NCBI GenBank assembly: GCA_045863335.1
Contig: BTVY01000031.1
Location: 30,207 to 94,206 of the forward strand
Reading direction: 5' to 3'
From: Candidatus Hydrogenedentota bacterium
Lineage (GTDB): Bacteria; Hydrogenedentota; Hydrogenedentia; Hydrogenedentales; SLHB01
DNA length: 64,000 nt
Position 1 is the stretch's first letter, and the number at the start of each line of letters is the position of its first letter. The notes under the pieces were generated by a model that saw nothing but the letters and a program-made list of their open reading frames with translations, had not been told where the DNA came from and did not search any database. The translations under genes were made by a program, and so were the position numbers. Below, piece by piece: positions 28,297 through 38,588 of this stretch.

Positions 28297-29631
28297 ATGG
28301 GAGGACGCAGTGTGCGGCGCATTTTCAACCTGCCAGTGCTGATCGCGGTTGTCGCATTGATCGGCGGAACCGGGGTCATGTTGCTGTTACTATCGATGCA
28401 GAACTCGAAAGCTTCCTCCGCTATTCAGGAGACAGAAAGCGCGCTGCGTGTGGAAGCCCTGCGCGTGCACCCGGCGCAAATCCCCGTCGTCATCGAGGGG
28501 CACGGGCAAGTCCACGTCCGAAAGACCGTCCGAATCGCGCCGGAAGTCTCGGGGCGCGTCGTATCCATCCACCCCAACCTCATCGCCGGCGGGCGGGTGC
28601 CCGCAGGGGAGCCGCTCTTCGAGATCGACGACCAGCCGTACAAGGCGCTGGTCGCGGACGCCGAAGGCACCGTCGCCCAACTCGAAGCCGCCGTCTCCAG
28701 GCTCCGGGAGGAGTCGAAGAACGAGCAGGCGCGGCTGGAGTCGCTGCAGCGCGCCCGCGATATCGCCCTCGCCCAGTTCGAACGGCTCAAGGAGTTGTTC
28801 GCCGAGGACGTGGGAACCCGGACGGGCGTGGACGCCGCGGAAGCGGAGTATGTGGCCGCCCGCGATGACGTCGATAAGCTCGCGCATCAGCTTGGGCTTT
28901 ATCCGATCCGGATCGACGAAGCGCAATGCGCTCTCGATTCCGCCCGCTCGCGTCTGGATCTCGCCCGGCTCAATCTCGAGAAGACCCGCGTCCTTTGCCC
29001 CTTCAATGCGCGCGTTAAAGAACGGTCGATTGAAAAGGACCAATACGCTGTCGAAAGCGTGGACGCCGTCGAGTTAGCGGATGATTCCGTGCTGGAAATT
29101 CCGGTGCCGCTCGATAGCCGGGACGCGCGACGTTGGCTTCGGTTTCGCAACCCATCTGCCGGCAACGAAGCCATGTGGTTTGGCGATCCCGAGCCTGTGG
29201 AGTGTGCTGTCTACTGGACCGAAGACGAACGCGCGGCACCCTGGACGGGCATCCTGGACCGCGTGGAATCCTTTGACGAGACCTCGCGAACGTTGACCGT
29301 CGTCGTACGTGTCTCCGGCATGGACCATCAGGACAGCAGCGCCCGTTTGCCTCTGGTCGAAGGCATGTTTTGCCGCGTCGAGATCCCAGGCCAGGCCATG
29401 GAGGATGTCTTCACACTACCGCAAAGCGCGGTGAGTATCGACAACACCGTGTTCCTCGCCGTTGAGAATCGCCTCAAAACGGCCGCAGTCGAAGTGCGGC
29501 GCCAGCATGATTCTTTCGCCTACGTTTCCGGCGGACTCGAACCGGGCGACCTGGTCGTAACATCCCGGCTCATAAAGCCCCTCGACCATTCGTTGCTCGA
29601 TGTCACCGTTCTTCCGGATCCCGCGCAATGA
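28297..29631 (+). CDS. RND efflux periplasmic adaptor (membrane fusion protein)
   Basis: N-terminal TM, IAPEVSGRV, LFEID, coiled coil, CPFNARV, SRTLTV, GMFCRVEI and GLEPGDLVV. Confidence 0.9.
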   Translation: MGGRSVRRIFNLPVLIAVVALIGGTGVMLLLLSMQNSKASSAIQETESALRVEALRVHPAQIPVVIEGHGQVHVRKTVRIAPEVSGRVVSIHPNLIAGGRVPAGEPLFEIDDQPYKALVADAEGTVAQLEAAVSRLREESKNEQARLESLQRARDIALAQFERLKELFAEDVGTRTGVDAAEAEYVAARDDVDKLAHQLGLYPIRIDEAQCALDSARSRLDLARLNLEKTRVLCPFNARVKERSIEKDQYAVESVDAVELADDSVLEIPVPLDSRDARRWLRFRNPSAGNEAMWFGDPEPVECAVYWTEDERAAPWTGILDRVESFDETSRTLTVVVRVSGMDHQDSSARLPLVEGMFCRVEIPGQAMEDVFTLPQSAVSIDNTVFLAVENRLKTAAVEVRRQHDSFAYVSGGLEPGDLVVTSRLIKPLDHSLLDVTVLPDPAQ

Positions 29632-32600
29632 GAACCATCCTCACGGCCGTCGTCGGTCATAACGTCCTGGCCAACGTGGTCCTCGTGATAATTGTAGTGG
29701 TGGGAATGCTCGCCGCTACCAACCTCGTGCGCGAAAGCATGCCGCAGTTCGACATCAACATGATCTTGGTGGAGGTCCCCTTCCCCGGCGCCGACCCGGA
29801 AGAAGTGGAGGAGGGGGTCTCGCAACGCATCGAGGCGGCCATCGACGGGTTGGAAGGGATCAAACAGTATACGACGGGATCCTGGGAAGGCCACGCGACG
29901 GTGGAGATCGAGGTGGCCGAAGGCTTCGACCTGAACGAAGTCAAAGACGAAGTGCAGAACGCCATCGACACCATCGATACCTTTCCCGTGCGCGTCGAAC
30001 GGCCCCGCGTTTCCGAGATCAAGGATGACGAGTTGGTCATCGCGCTGGCCTTGTACGGCGATGTACCGGAACGTCAGCTCAAGGAATGGGCCGAGGACGT
30101 GCGCGACCGGCTGCAGCGGACCGATGGCGTATCGCTCGTGGAAGTGGGCGGCACGCGGCCCTATGAAATCGCCATCGAGATCTCGAAATCCAAGCTTCTC
30201 GAATATGGACTCACCCTCGAAGAGGTCGGCAATGCCCTGCGCCGGGGCAGCCTCAACCTCCCCGCTGGCACCGTTCAAACCGAGGGCGAGGACATCCGCA
30301 TCCGCATGATGGGCCGCAAATATACGGGGCGCGAGTTCGCCAGCATCGTCGTTCGGTCGTCCATGGATGGTGAACTGATTACGCTCGACAAAATCGCGAC
30401 GATTCAGGACGGCTTCGTCGAGAAACCCGCGTACACGTCGTTCAACGGCCACCCCTGTGTCATCGTCGAGGTGATGAAAGCGCCCGGTGAAGACGCGCTG
30501 GATATTGCCGAGCGGGTGCACGAGTTCGCGGCAAAGGAAAGCGCCACGCTTCCGCCGCAGCTTCACGTGGAACCGTGCTTCGACGATTCCGAGTTCGTCC
30601 GCGGTCAGTTGGATTTGCTCGTGCGCAATGGCATCGTCGGACTGGTCCTCGTAGTGCTCATCCTCTGGTTCTTTCTGAATACCCGGCTGAGTTTCTGGAT
30701 CGCCATGGGCATTCCCATTTCACTCAGCGGCGCCCTCATTCTCATGTGGGCCATGGGGCAGACCATCAACCAGATTTCGCTGATCACGTTCATCATTGTG
30801 CTCGGCATCATCGTGGACGATGCGATTGTCGTCGGTGAGGCCATCTTCGTGCACCGGCAGCAAGGCCAGACCGCCCTGCAAGCGGCGGTCAACGGCGTAT
30901 TCGAGATGAGCGCGCCCGTGCTGGCTGCCGTGCTGACGACCATCGCCGCGTTTCTGCCCCTCGCATTTGTCCCGGGTATCCTGGGCAGGATTATCGTCAT
31001 CATGCCGGTTGTCGTGATATCCGCCCTGCTGGTGTCGCTCGTCGAGTGCCTCTTCCTGCTGCCCGCTCACCTGAACCATCTTCCCGAACCAAAGCCGCGT
31101 CGCAACGCTCCGGACCATTGGCGCGCTCGGGTCCTGCGGATTCACGAATACACCAGCCACGCGCTGGAGCGGTTCGCCGAGCGCGTCTACGCGCCCATCG
31201 TGCGGGTCGTCGTACGCCATCGGTATGTCACGGCGTGTGTCTCGCTCGCGGTCGTGCTTGTGACCGTGGGCCTGGTCGGCGGCAAAGTCGTGCGGATCGT
31301 GTTCTGGCCGCCGGTTGATGGGAACACCCTCCGCGCGCTTGTCGAGTTTCCGGCGGGAACCTCGCCGGAAGTCACGCGCGACGCGATTGACCGGACCCGC
31401 GAAGCTTTCCAACAGCTCGCCGAGCGAACCGCTACGGTCAGTGGCGAACCGCTCATTCGCAACATCTATACAAACGTCTATGACTTCTCGCCCCATATGG
31501 GTCGCGTGATCGTCGAAATGCTCGGCACCTCGAAGCGCGGCATCCACTCGCAGGAACTGGCCGCGGCGTGGGAAAAAGAGGTTGGCGCCATACCCGGCGC
31601 GGTGCAGCAGTCCTTCGTCGAGGAACAGGTCGGTATGGACGGGCCGCCCATCGAAATCTGGCTTCAGGGCAAGAACCTCGACGCCTTGCGCGCCGCCGCC
31701 GAAGAACTAAAGGCAAAGCTCCGCGAATACGACGGCGTGTTTCAGGTGGCCGATGATTTCCGTTCGGGCCGGAAAGAACTGCGCGTCCATCTGAAGCCCG
31801 AGGCGCATACCCTTGGTCTCACGCTCGACGATGTCGCGCGCCAACTCTACGCGGGTTATTACGGCGACGAGGCCATCCGCCTGCAACGCGGCCGCGACGA
31901 CATGCGCGTACGCGTGCGGTACCCTGAGGACGAGCGGCAAACCCTCGCGGAGCTGGACCAGATCCGCATCCGCACCGCGAGCGGCATGGAAGTGCCGATT
32001 CGCTCGGTGGCGGACGTGGAACTCGCCGAGGGTGTCGCGTCCATCAAGGGAAGCAACGGGCTCCGCCGCATCGCGGTAACCGCGTCGGCCGATGTGACCC
32101 GCGCGAATCCCAGTGACATCATTGCCGAACTGAGCAAGGGATATCTCGATGATCTCGCCGCGCGCTACGGGCAGATTCTGTGGACCGTCGAAGGGGTCGA
32201 GGAGAGTAACCAAGAGACCCTCGCGGGGCTCAAGAACGGATTCCTCGTCGCGCTGCTCGGGATTTATACGATCCTCGCAACGGTGTTCCGGTCCTACATC
32301 CAGCCGCTCGTGATCCTGCTCATCGTTCCCTTCGGCATCGTCGGCGCCATCTTCGGGCATCTGGCATTGGGAATCCCCGTGACGTTCCTGAGCCTGTTTG
32401 GAATCGTGGCCCTGGCGGGGGTAGTCGTGAACGACTCCATCGTGCTGACGGAATGCGTGAACAACCTGCTGGCCCACGGCACCCCGTTTGCCGAAGCCGT
32501 ATGCCAGGGCGGCGTGCGGCGCTTCCGCGCCATCTTCCTCACCACCGCGAGCACCTGCATCGGCCTCACGCCGCTCATTCTCGAACGCGACTTGCAGGCC

Positions 32601-32825
32601 CAGGTCGTCATTCCCATGGCCGTGTCCATCGCGGCCGGCGTCGCCTTCTCCACACTGCTGACGCTGCTGTTTCTTCCCGCCATGCTTGCCATCGTCAACG
32701 ATCTGCGCCGTGCGTTGCACCGCGCGCTGGCCGGCGAGTGGCCCACCGCGGAGCAGGTCGAACCCGGCGAAAGGCGCGTGATCACGCCTGTCGAAACGAC
32801 CGCACCCATTCCCGCGGAATCATGA
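29628..32825 (+). CDS. RND efflux transporter permease subunit (AcrB/AcrD/AcrF family)
   Basis: 1065 aa with two TM bundles; GIIVDDAIVVGE, GVVVNDSIVL and RFRAIFLTT. ATGA overlap with the adaptor gene. Confidence 0.94.
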   Translation: MRTILTAVVGHNVLANVVLVIIVVVGMLAATNLVRESMPQFDINMILVEVPFPGADPEEVEEGVSQRIEAAIDGLEGIKQYTTGSWEGHATVEIEVAEGFDLNEVKDEVQNAIDTIDTFPVRVERPRVSEIKDDELVIALALYGDVPERQLKEWAEDVRDRLQRTDGVSLVEVGGTRPYEIAIEISKSKLLEYGLTLEEVGNALRRGSLNLPAGTVQTEGEDIRIRMMGRKYTGREFASIVVRSSMDGELITLDKIATIQDGFVEKPAYTSFNGHPCVIVEVMKAPGEDALDIAERVHEFAAKESATLPPQLHVEPCFDDSEFVRGQLDLLVRNGIVGLVLVVLILWFFLNTRLSFWIAMGIPISLSGALILMWAMGQTINQISLITFIIVLGIIVDDAIVVGEAIFVHRQQGQTALQAAVNGVFEMSAPVLAAVLTTIAAFLPLAFVPGILGRIIVIMPVVVISALLVSLVECLFLLPAHLNHLPEPKPRRNAPDHWRARVLRIHEYTSHALERFAERVYAPIVRVVVRHRYVTACVSLAVVLVTVGLVGGKVVRIVFWPPVDGNTLRALVEFPAGTSPEVTRDAIDRTREAFQQLAERTATVSGEPLIRNIYTNVYDFSPHMGRVIVEMLGTSKRGIHSQELAAAWEKEVGAIPGAVQQSFVEEQVGMDGPPIEIWLQGKNLDALRAAAEELKAKLREYDGVFQVADDFRSGRKELRVHLKPEAHTLGLTLDDVARQLYAGYYGDEAIRLQRGRDDMRVRVRYPEDERQTLAELDQIRIRTASGMEVPIRSVADVELAEGVASIKGSNGLRRIAVTASADVTRANPSDIIAELSKGYLDDLAARYGQILWTVEGVEESNQETLAGLKNGFLVALLGIYTILATVFRSYIQPLVILLIVPFGIVGAIFGHLALGIPVTFLSLFGIVALAGVVVNDSIVLTECVNNLLAHGTPFAEAVCQGGVRRFRAIFLTTASTCIGLTPLILERDLQAQVVIPMAVSIAAGVAFSTLLTLLFLPAMLAIVNDLRRALHRALAGEWPTAEQVEPGERRVITPVETTAPIPAES

Positions 32826-32857
32826 TCGGTTACGGTTCTCGACTCGTTCGCAACGAT

Positions 32858-33022
32858 CTACAAGATGACGTAGGAGTAGATCCCGCCGTCCTTGACGGTG
32901 TCCTTGCAGGCGTCCTGTTCGCTCTCGGGGATGGTCTTGCACTCGCTCTTGGTTTCGATCTCGATGATGAAGATCGCGGACGCCGGAATGGAGTCCCGGG
33001 TAAGACGCTTGACATGCTTCAT
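32858..33022 (-). CDS. 54-aa small protein MKHVKRLTRDSIPASAIFIIEIETKSECKTIPESEQDACKDTVKDGGIYSYVIL
   Basis: GGGAGG 8 nt before ATG 33022, extended -10 TGcTATAGT at 33060-33068, and GC3-rich codons. Confidence 0.68.
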   Translation of the reverse strand: MKHVKRLTRDSIPASAIFIIEIETKSECKTIPESEQDACKDTVKDGGIYSYVIL

Positions 33023-33236
33023 GGGTATTCCCTCCCGTGGGCCTTGCAAGCTGATAGGCACTATAGCAGAGAAACCGCGATTTGAGAACCGCCGCGCCGT
33101 TCCGAGCGCGCCCGCGTCTGTAGCGTCCGGCTTCCACGCCGGACGTCTTCGCGCCCCTTAACTCCGTGGTGTGCCAACGACAAGAATTGACCACGGGGTC
33201 ACGGGGAGCACGGGGATGGAGAGAATACGCGGCACG

Positions 33237-33433
33237 GGGGTGCACCCAATTTCATTTTGACGGTTCAAGGGGGGGATTCGATTGCGGATTGCGGATTGCG
33301 GATTGCGGATTGCGGAATTCTTGCATTGTCCCGGTAACCCTCAAGTGTGTAGCAGTTTACATGAACTTCGCAAAAGGTGCAGGCGCGACGGCGATGGGGT
33401 GCACCCCCTTTCTTTTTTGACGGTTCAAGGGGG
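33237..33433 (+). repeat. Direct repeat pair GGGGTGCACCC...TTTTGACGGTTCAAGGGGG (33237-33273 and 33396-33433); third copy at 62465-62500
   Basis: The palindromic GGGGTGCACCC(C) core plus the TTGACG(G/A)TTCAAGGGGG tail is seen three times. Confidence 0.8.
33280..33314 (+). repeat. Heptamer tandem repeat (GATTGCG)x5
   Basis: Five exact copies read directly from the sequence. Confidence 0.93.
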
Positions 33434-33697
33434 TGCCCCTTTCTCGGGTTGCGGATTCCTGCTGTCGGCTCAGTGAGCCGATGGCGCTGATTGGATACTC
33501 TGTCATGGGCGGAGTTTTCCTTATAGATCCAGACCGGGCTGTTGCATGTGATTCGATTGCAGGCCGACGCTGTGCTCTGGCCAGAGCTGATATGTAGCGG
33601 ACTGTCAGTCGGGGGCGGTCAATGCGAGGGTTTGGTTGGTTGTCAGCAGCGCGCATCGATGGATGGACCGACGAATGGCCGGCACGCTGAGGCTCCG

Positions 33698-34258
<561 letters not shown>

Positions 34259-34342
34259 GGCGTAAGTCTACCTCATGGCGCGACGGCCACCCAACACCAA
34301 TCATAGCGCCGACTTGACTGCACTCTCGCTACCGGCTGGTCT

Positions 34343-34382
34343 GCAGATGGGCGTAGATGGGCGTAGATGGGCGCAGATGAAC
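34343..34382 (+). repeat. Decamer tandem repeat G(C/T)AGATG(GG/AA)C x4
   Basis: gcagatgggc gtagatgggc gtagatgggc gcagatgaac. Confidence 0.85.
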
Positions 34383-34420
34383 GCGGGTTGAAACCGCAAT
34401 GCCCGGACATTCCCAGACTC

Positions 34421-34559
34421 AGGACTGAAAGTCCGCCACAACCCTAGCCCAGGGCAAAGCAACGCGACGCCCTGGGTACCGGGACCCCCGATATAGAAGC
34501 GCTGAAGGTGCGGAACAGCGGCGCTTTGTGGTCCACCGATTCCACCGATTTGCACCGAT
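34421..34559 (+). repeat. About 140-bp REP-like direct repeat, left copy
   Basis: AGGACTGAAAGTCCGCCA...AGCCCAGG.CAAAGC...CCTGGGTAC...GAAGCGCTGAA.GTGCGG...GCTTTGTGGTCCAC.GATT.CACCGATTTGCACCGAT; recurs at 36347-36486. Confidence 0.85.
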
Positions 34560-34573
34560 AAAGATTTCGTGCG

Positions 34574-34654
34574 CGTCATCCTGAGCGCTAGCGAAGGATC
34601 TCATCACGTCGCCATCCAACTGCTTAGCGATCCTTCGCTAGCGCTTAGATGACG
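34574..34654. repeat. REP-like inverted repeat pair
   Basis: CGTCATCCTGAGCGCTAGCGAAGGATC ... GATCCTTCGCTAGCGCTTAGATGACG. Confidence 0.8.
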
Positions 34655-34790
34655 GGCGATCGTAGTCCCCAATCTTGGGATGGTGTTCGGCAGATCCCAT
34701 TTGGAAAACCTCGGTCTGGGTGTACAATAGGAGACGACGGAACAAGGATCTCTTGGGGGTTGAAGGTTAATGACCTGCAATCGGCGGCAC

Positions 34791-35441
34791 ATGCGCTTGC
34801 TAGTCCTCGTCCTACTCGCAGCCGCGATGCCGGGCTGTTTCGGCGGCTACCTGCTCGGACAGGCGGTCGAGGGTTGGAAGGGGGACCGGCGCCGCCATCA
34901 AGAGCAGCGGGAACGAGCCAAAACGATCACCGAGGAACAGGAGAAGTTAATCCGGGAAGACCGACAACTCGCGCCAAAAGGTTTGGACAGAGCCTTTGAA
35001 CGCATCGCGGTCCGCGTACGTTTCCATACCCAACGTATGGCCTTCGGTCTGACGGAAGACGCGCCCTACACGGCCCAGTCGCGTTGCCGCAGCCTGGTCA
35101 TCTACCTCAACGGAGAAATCGAGTTGGCAATGCGAATACTCCGCACGGATGCACCGGAGCGCGTTCGCGCAGAACCGTTTGTTGCCTACTTCGCACAGGT
35201 CCACCGCATCGTTGCGGATGAGTTCGAATGGGGGCGGCTCATAAACAAAGACGAACTTGTCACGCGCGGGGAGGAGTTTGCCGCACTGTTAGAATCCTTG
35301 CCGCCGGACCGCATCGACGAGGGATTTCGGGAGCGCTACGACGAGGCCGTCGAACGTGAGGAAGAACAAGCCGCGCGAGACCGTCCAGGACATCCGCTTC
35401 GCAAGAGCGACCCTCTGGGTCTCCTACCACTTGGACCCTAG
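34791..35441 (+). CDS. Hypothetical lipoprotein
   Basis: MRLLVLVLLAAAMPGC lipobox-like N-terminus and a helical, charged body; no family recognised. Confidence 0.6.
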   Translation: MRLLVLVLLAAAMPGCFGGYLLGQAVEGWKGDRRRHQEQRERAKTITEEQEKLIREDRQLAPKGLDRAFERIAVRVRFHTQRMAFGLTEDAPYTAQSRCRSLVIYLNGEIELAMRILRTDAPERVRAEPFVAYFAQVHRIVADEFEWGRLINKDELVTRGEEFAALLESLPPDRIDEGFRERYDEAVEREEEQAARDRPGHPLRKSDPLGLLPLGP

Positions 35442-35444
35442 GCG

Positions 35445-36179
35445 TCATTCCTTCTCTTGCGCGCAGCAACCGGATTCCTTTTCTACCGGTACGTTGGTGC
35501 GTGTCCACTGCGCGATGGGCCGTCCGTCGCGGCGCCACCACGCTCCGGCTTCGACCTGCGGAATGCCGCCGGGCGAGTCTTCCCAGGTTTCCTGCCGGCC
35601 GTAGGCTGTCAGGTCGAGCAACAGCAGCGTGGGCATCATCGCCTCGATTCCGCGCATCGTCGTTTCATAGGTTTGAAACACCCGATCGCCGTCCCGGAGG
35701 TAGCAACGCAGGTCGCCACCGTCTCGGGTCGCCAGCACGTCCGCCGAACCGGCGGTCGAATACCACGGCGTCGTCCAACCCATGAAGTCCCGGTAGGCGG
35801 CAATTTCCTCCCAGGGGCCGCTGCTGAAGACGGCGTAGGTGACGTCGCGATCGGCCAGATAGGCGCAAACGGCGGGGTTCATCGCCGCCTGCGTATGCGT
35901 GCAACCCTCACACTGCTGGTGGTGCGGCGCACCCTTTTTCTTCCACATGAAGTGATAGACGATCAACATGCGCCGGCCCTCAAACACATCGTGCAGCGGG
36001 ACCGCGCCCTCCGCGCCTACGACCGTAAGCGGTGGCATTTCCGTCATCGGCAGACGCCGCCGGGCCGCGGCCAATTCGTCACCGGCGCGCGCGTGCGCCT
36101 TCTCGCGGACCAGCAGTTCAGCGCGAGCCTGCTCCCATCGATCGCGGGAGACGATTTGCGGCGTATGCAATTTAGTCAT
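35445..36179 (-). CDS. DUF899 thioredoxin-like protein
   Basis: IVSR..W..AR.ELLVREKA..R..D.LAA.RRRLP, FEGRRMLIVYHFM, CEGC, MGWT.PWYS and LLDLTAYGRQETWEDSP.G; SD GGAGG. Confidence 0.9.
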   Translation of the reverse strand: MTKLHTPQIVSRDRWEQARAELLVREKAHARAGDELAAARRRLPMTEMPPLTVVGAEGAVPLHDVFEGRRMLIVYHFMWKKKGAPHHQQCEGCTHTQAAMNPAVCAYLADRDVTYAVFSSGPWEEIAAYRDFMGWTTPWYSTAGSADVLATRDGGDLRCYLRDGDRVFQTYETTMRGIEAMMPTLLLLDLTAYGRQETWEDSPGGIPQVEAGAWWRRDGRPIAQWTRTNVPVEKESGCCAQEKE

Positions 36180-36346
36180 GGTATTGTCCTCCACATCCTC
36201 GAGCCGTGCAGCCGAAATCAGCCGCGGGAAGTAGAACGTCCGCTGAATTTCTCCGTCGGGCGCTGGGTTGTTTTCGCCAAATCTAGCAACAATGGTAACG
36301 CATCGTTGACCGCTGCTATTCGCGATACCTACCCGTTCCGAAACTT

Positions 36347-36486
36347 AGGACTGAAAGTCCGCCAACATACCAGCCCAGGCCAAAGCGAAGCGGCGGCCTG
36401 GGTACGGGAACGCCCCGAAATCGAAGCGCTGAAAGTGCGGGATATTGATGCTTTGTGGTCCACAGATTGCACCGATTTGCACCGAT
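36347..36486 (+). repeat. About 140-bp REP-like direct repeat, right copy
   Basis: Collinear match to 34421-34559. Confidence 0.85.
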
Positions 36487-36540
36487 TGAAGAACCGCGGC
36501 CGTCAATAAGGCGAGAATTTGTAGCCTTTTGGGGTCGCCC

Positions 36541-37305
36541 TTATTCTCTATCAAAATGTGACGGAAGTGGCGCGGGATCTGAAGCAAGAAAGCCAAAACT
36601 GCCGACTCCCATCCAGTATTCAGCCAAATCGGATCTAAATGCGGAATATAGCGAGCTAACAAACTCTTCGATGGCATACCGAAAGCCTTTGGTGCGGACG
36701 GCTCCATCTTGCCGAGGAAAGGAGCGTTCAATCTGATCGACAGCAGTCGTTAGACACCACTCGCTTGCAGCCGCAAGTTTCTCAGTTCTCTTGAACCATG
36801 ATTGTTCGGCGGCGAGCATGCGATTGTAGCCGTCCATAATTGAAACGTTGTCACTGTCATCGTGAGCGTCTGCCCAGCGATTGAGACAAGCGATTTTAAG
36901 CTGCCGGTATTCGTCTGCAGTCCATCGAGTGCCGCCGACACGCGGACGCTCGACAAGGACAGGAAGCAAGGCGAAAAGATAGGCATAGACCGGCCAGTAT
37001 CCGGCTTTAGTGGTTTCTACGTTGCCGAGACTTGTAACGGCGTTTGTAGCGTTTGGGGGCGGATAGCAATCTTCACGCAGTCGAAAGACGTCGCGCGATA
37101 GGTCGGTCAAGAAAGAATCAAGGTCGAGGTTTGAAGGATCGATGCGTACAAACGCGTGTAAAAGGGAAAGGGCGGTCGTTGCGTTGTTACTGGCTCGGTC
37201 AAGTGAAGTCGCTATGTCTTCGATAACGACCGGTAATGCTTTGGATTTGAAGAGGGTCATTAGAGTTCCGATCTGTTGCGACCAATTTGGGGTGCTGAGT
37301 GACAC
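36541..37305 (-). CDS. Hypothetical protein (254 aa, atypical AT-richer codon usage)
   Basis: Long open frame in a visibly lower-GC stretch with protein-like composition; no motif recognised. Confidence 0.6.
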   Translation of the reverse strand: MSLSTPNWSQQIGTLMTLFKSKALPVVIEDIATSLDRASNNATTALSLLHAFVRIDPSNLDLDSFLTDLSRDVFRLREDCYPPPNATNAVTSLGNVETTKAGYWPVYAYLFALLPVLVERPRVGGTRWTADEYRQLKIACLNRWADAHDDSDNVSIMDGYNRMLAAEQSWFKRTEKLAAASEWCLTTAVDQIERSFPRQDGAVRTKGFRYAIEEFVSSLYSAFRSDLAEYWMGVGSFGFLASDPAPLPSHFDRE

Positions 37306-37577
37306 ACAGCACAGCTCATACAGTGTATATGAAACTGCAAACGCAGATTCTCTCTGTATAGCAATTCTCCATCTTTTCCTCCCATTTCCGATCGTTTCCT
37401 ACGTAGCTCGGAATGAGGCGCCGCTCTGGTTCACGGAGCACTCTCCCATTGGAGTGCTTAAGCTGCAAAGCAAGGTCTTAACCCTTCAATATTTTTGCCG
37501 GACTTCACTGATTGAATCTTGGTGCCCATCAAAAGAACGGAAATTCGTCGTTCGTCCCCGATTTCTCCCCCTGAACT

Positions 37578-38588
37578 TCACCCATCTTCCCCAACCAACT
37601 CCGCAGGCGTAAAGCGTTCATACCATGCCCATAGTTCAGGAAGTGAGAAATTCCGAGGAACCGGATTCTTGTCGATGTATCTGATCTCCCAGTATTGGTT
37701 GAGGTATGCTTCGCCTGTCCTTCGAGGATGATTTGCTATCCATGAATCAAAGAAGCTCGAGTGTGTCTCGTAGTGGTGAGAGCAAATGAATGGCCGCCAA
37801 GTTTTCTCCAAAACCTGGACGGACTTAACGTCGATAATCTCGGTTTGTTCCATCCTTCTTTGGTCGGGATTGCCCCACGCAGTCCTCATCAAATCTTTCG
37901 CGGCCAGATCTGACTCGGGGGCAGAGTAGCCAAAAACCGTGATCATAAATGCTGAGCGTAGTTTCTTCTCAAGCTCACCCCATTGTTCTGAAATGAAGAT
38001 GTCCTCTCGGTAATTCTTCCGGCTCACCGGGTAGAGCAACCTTGTCCGTGCGAGTGGCTCGCCACACTTGCTGCATCGAGTGTCGTGGAACCCTGCTACT
38101 CGGTCCGCCCAACAGAAGCCCACAGCAACGTTGCCGTGGAGGAACAGAAGCCGAGGCAGGTCAAATTTCCCGGCGTTCCTGCGATACGCGTGTACAAGGA
38201 AGGGATCCCAGTTGAATGTTGCGACAACATCTTTCTTTCGGAGGGAGAGCAACAGGTAATCGTATAAGGTAGGCGTATCAGGAAACTCTAAGCCGCAGAA
38301 GTAGCTGTAAATCGAGTTATCGATTCTTTCCCGAATATCTCTTAATTCATCGTTGGAGGACATTTCATCGTACATCGACTCGAAGTCACAAGTCGGTGAT
38401 TCTACGTTTGCTTCGGATAGGAGTCCTCCCAGTTCAACCGCTTCAACGAGTTCATTCATCAGCGGAACGCATTTGCCGTTCCTGTCGCCACTAGGAAACG
38501 CCGCCTTGCTCGCGCCAGCACCCAAAATGACGACGTGGGGCTTATTCATCCGTATCTCGTTTATCTCGTTGTCAACGGAACCGGTCAT
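37578..38588 (-). CDS. SIR2-like (SIR2_2) domain protein
   Basis: VVILGAGAS, VATFNWD, LLFLHG and ITVFGYS in canonical order, with a CxxD..CxxC insert. Start is uncertain (38603, 38588 or 38549). Confidence 0.75.
   Translation of the reverse strand: MTGSVDNEINEIRMNKPHVVILGAGASKAAFPSGDRNGKCVPLMNELVEAVELGGLLSEANVESPTCDFESMYDEMSSNDELRDIRERIDNSIYSYFCGLEFPDTPTLYDYLLLSLRKKDVVATFNWDPFLVHAYRRNAGKFDLPRLLFLHGNVAVGFCWADRVAGFHDTRCSKCGEPLARTRLLYPVSRKNYREDIFISEQWGELEKKLRSAFMITVFGYSAPESDLAAKDLMRTAWGNPDQRRMEQTEIIDVKSVQVLEKTWRPFICSHHYETHSSFFDSWIANHPRRTGEAYLNQYWEIRYIDKNPVPRNFSLPELWAWYERFTPAELVGEDG

Noticed and set aside
37316-37480. Short minus-strand open frame between the SIR2 gene and the orphan ORF
   Set aside because: About 50 codons with no clear SD or start and no motif; it may be a remnant but cannot be supported.
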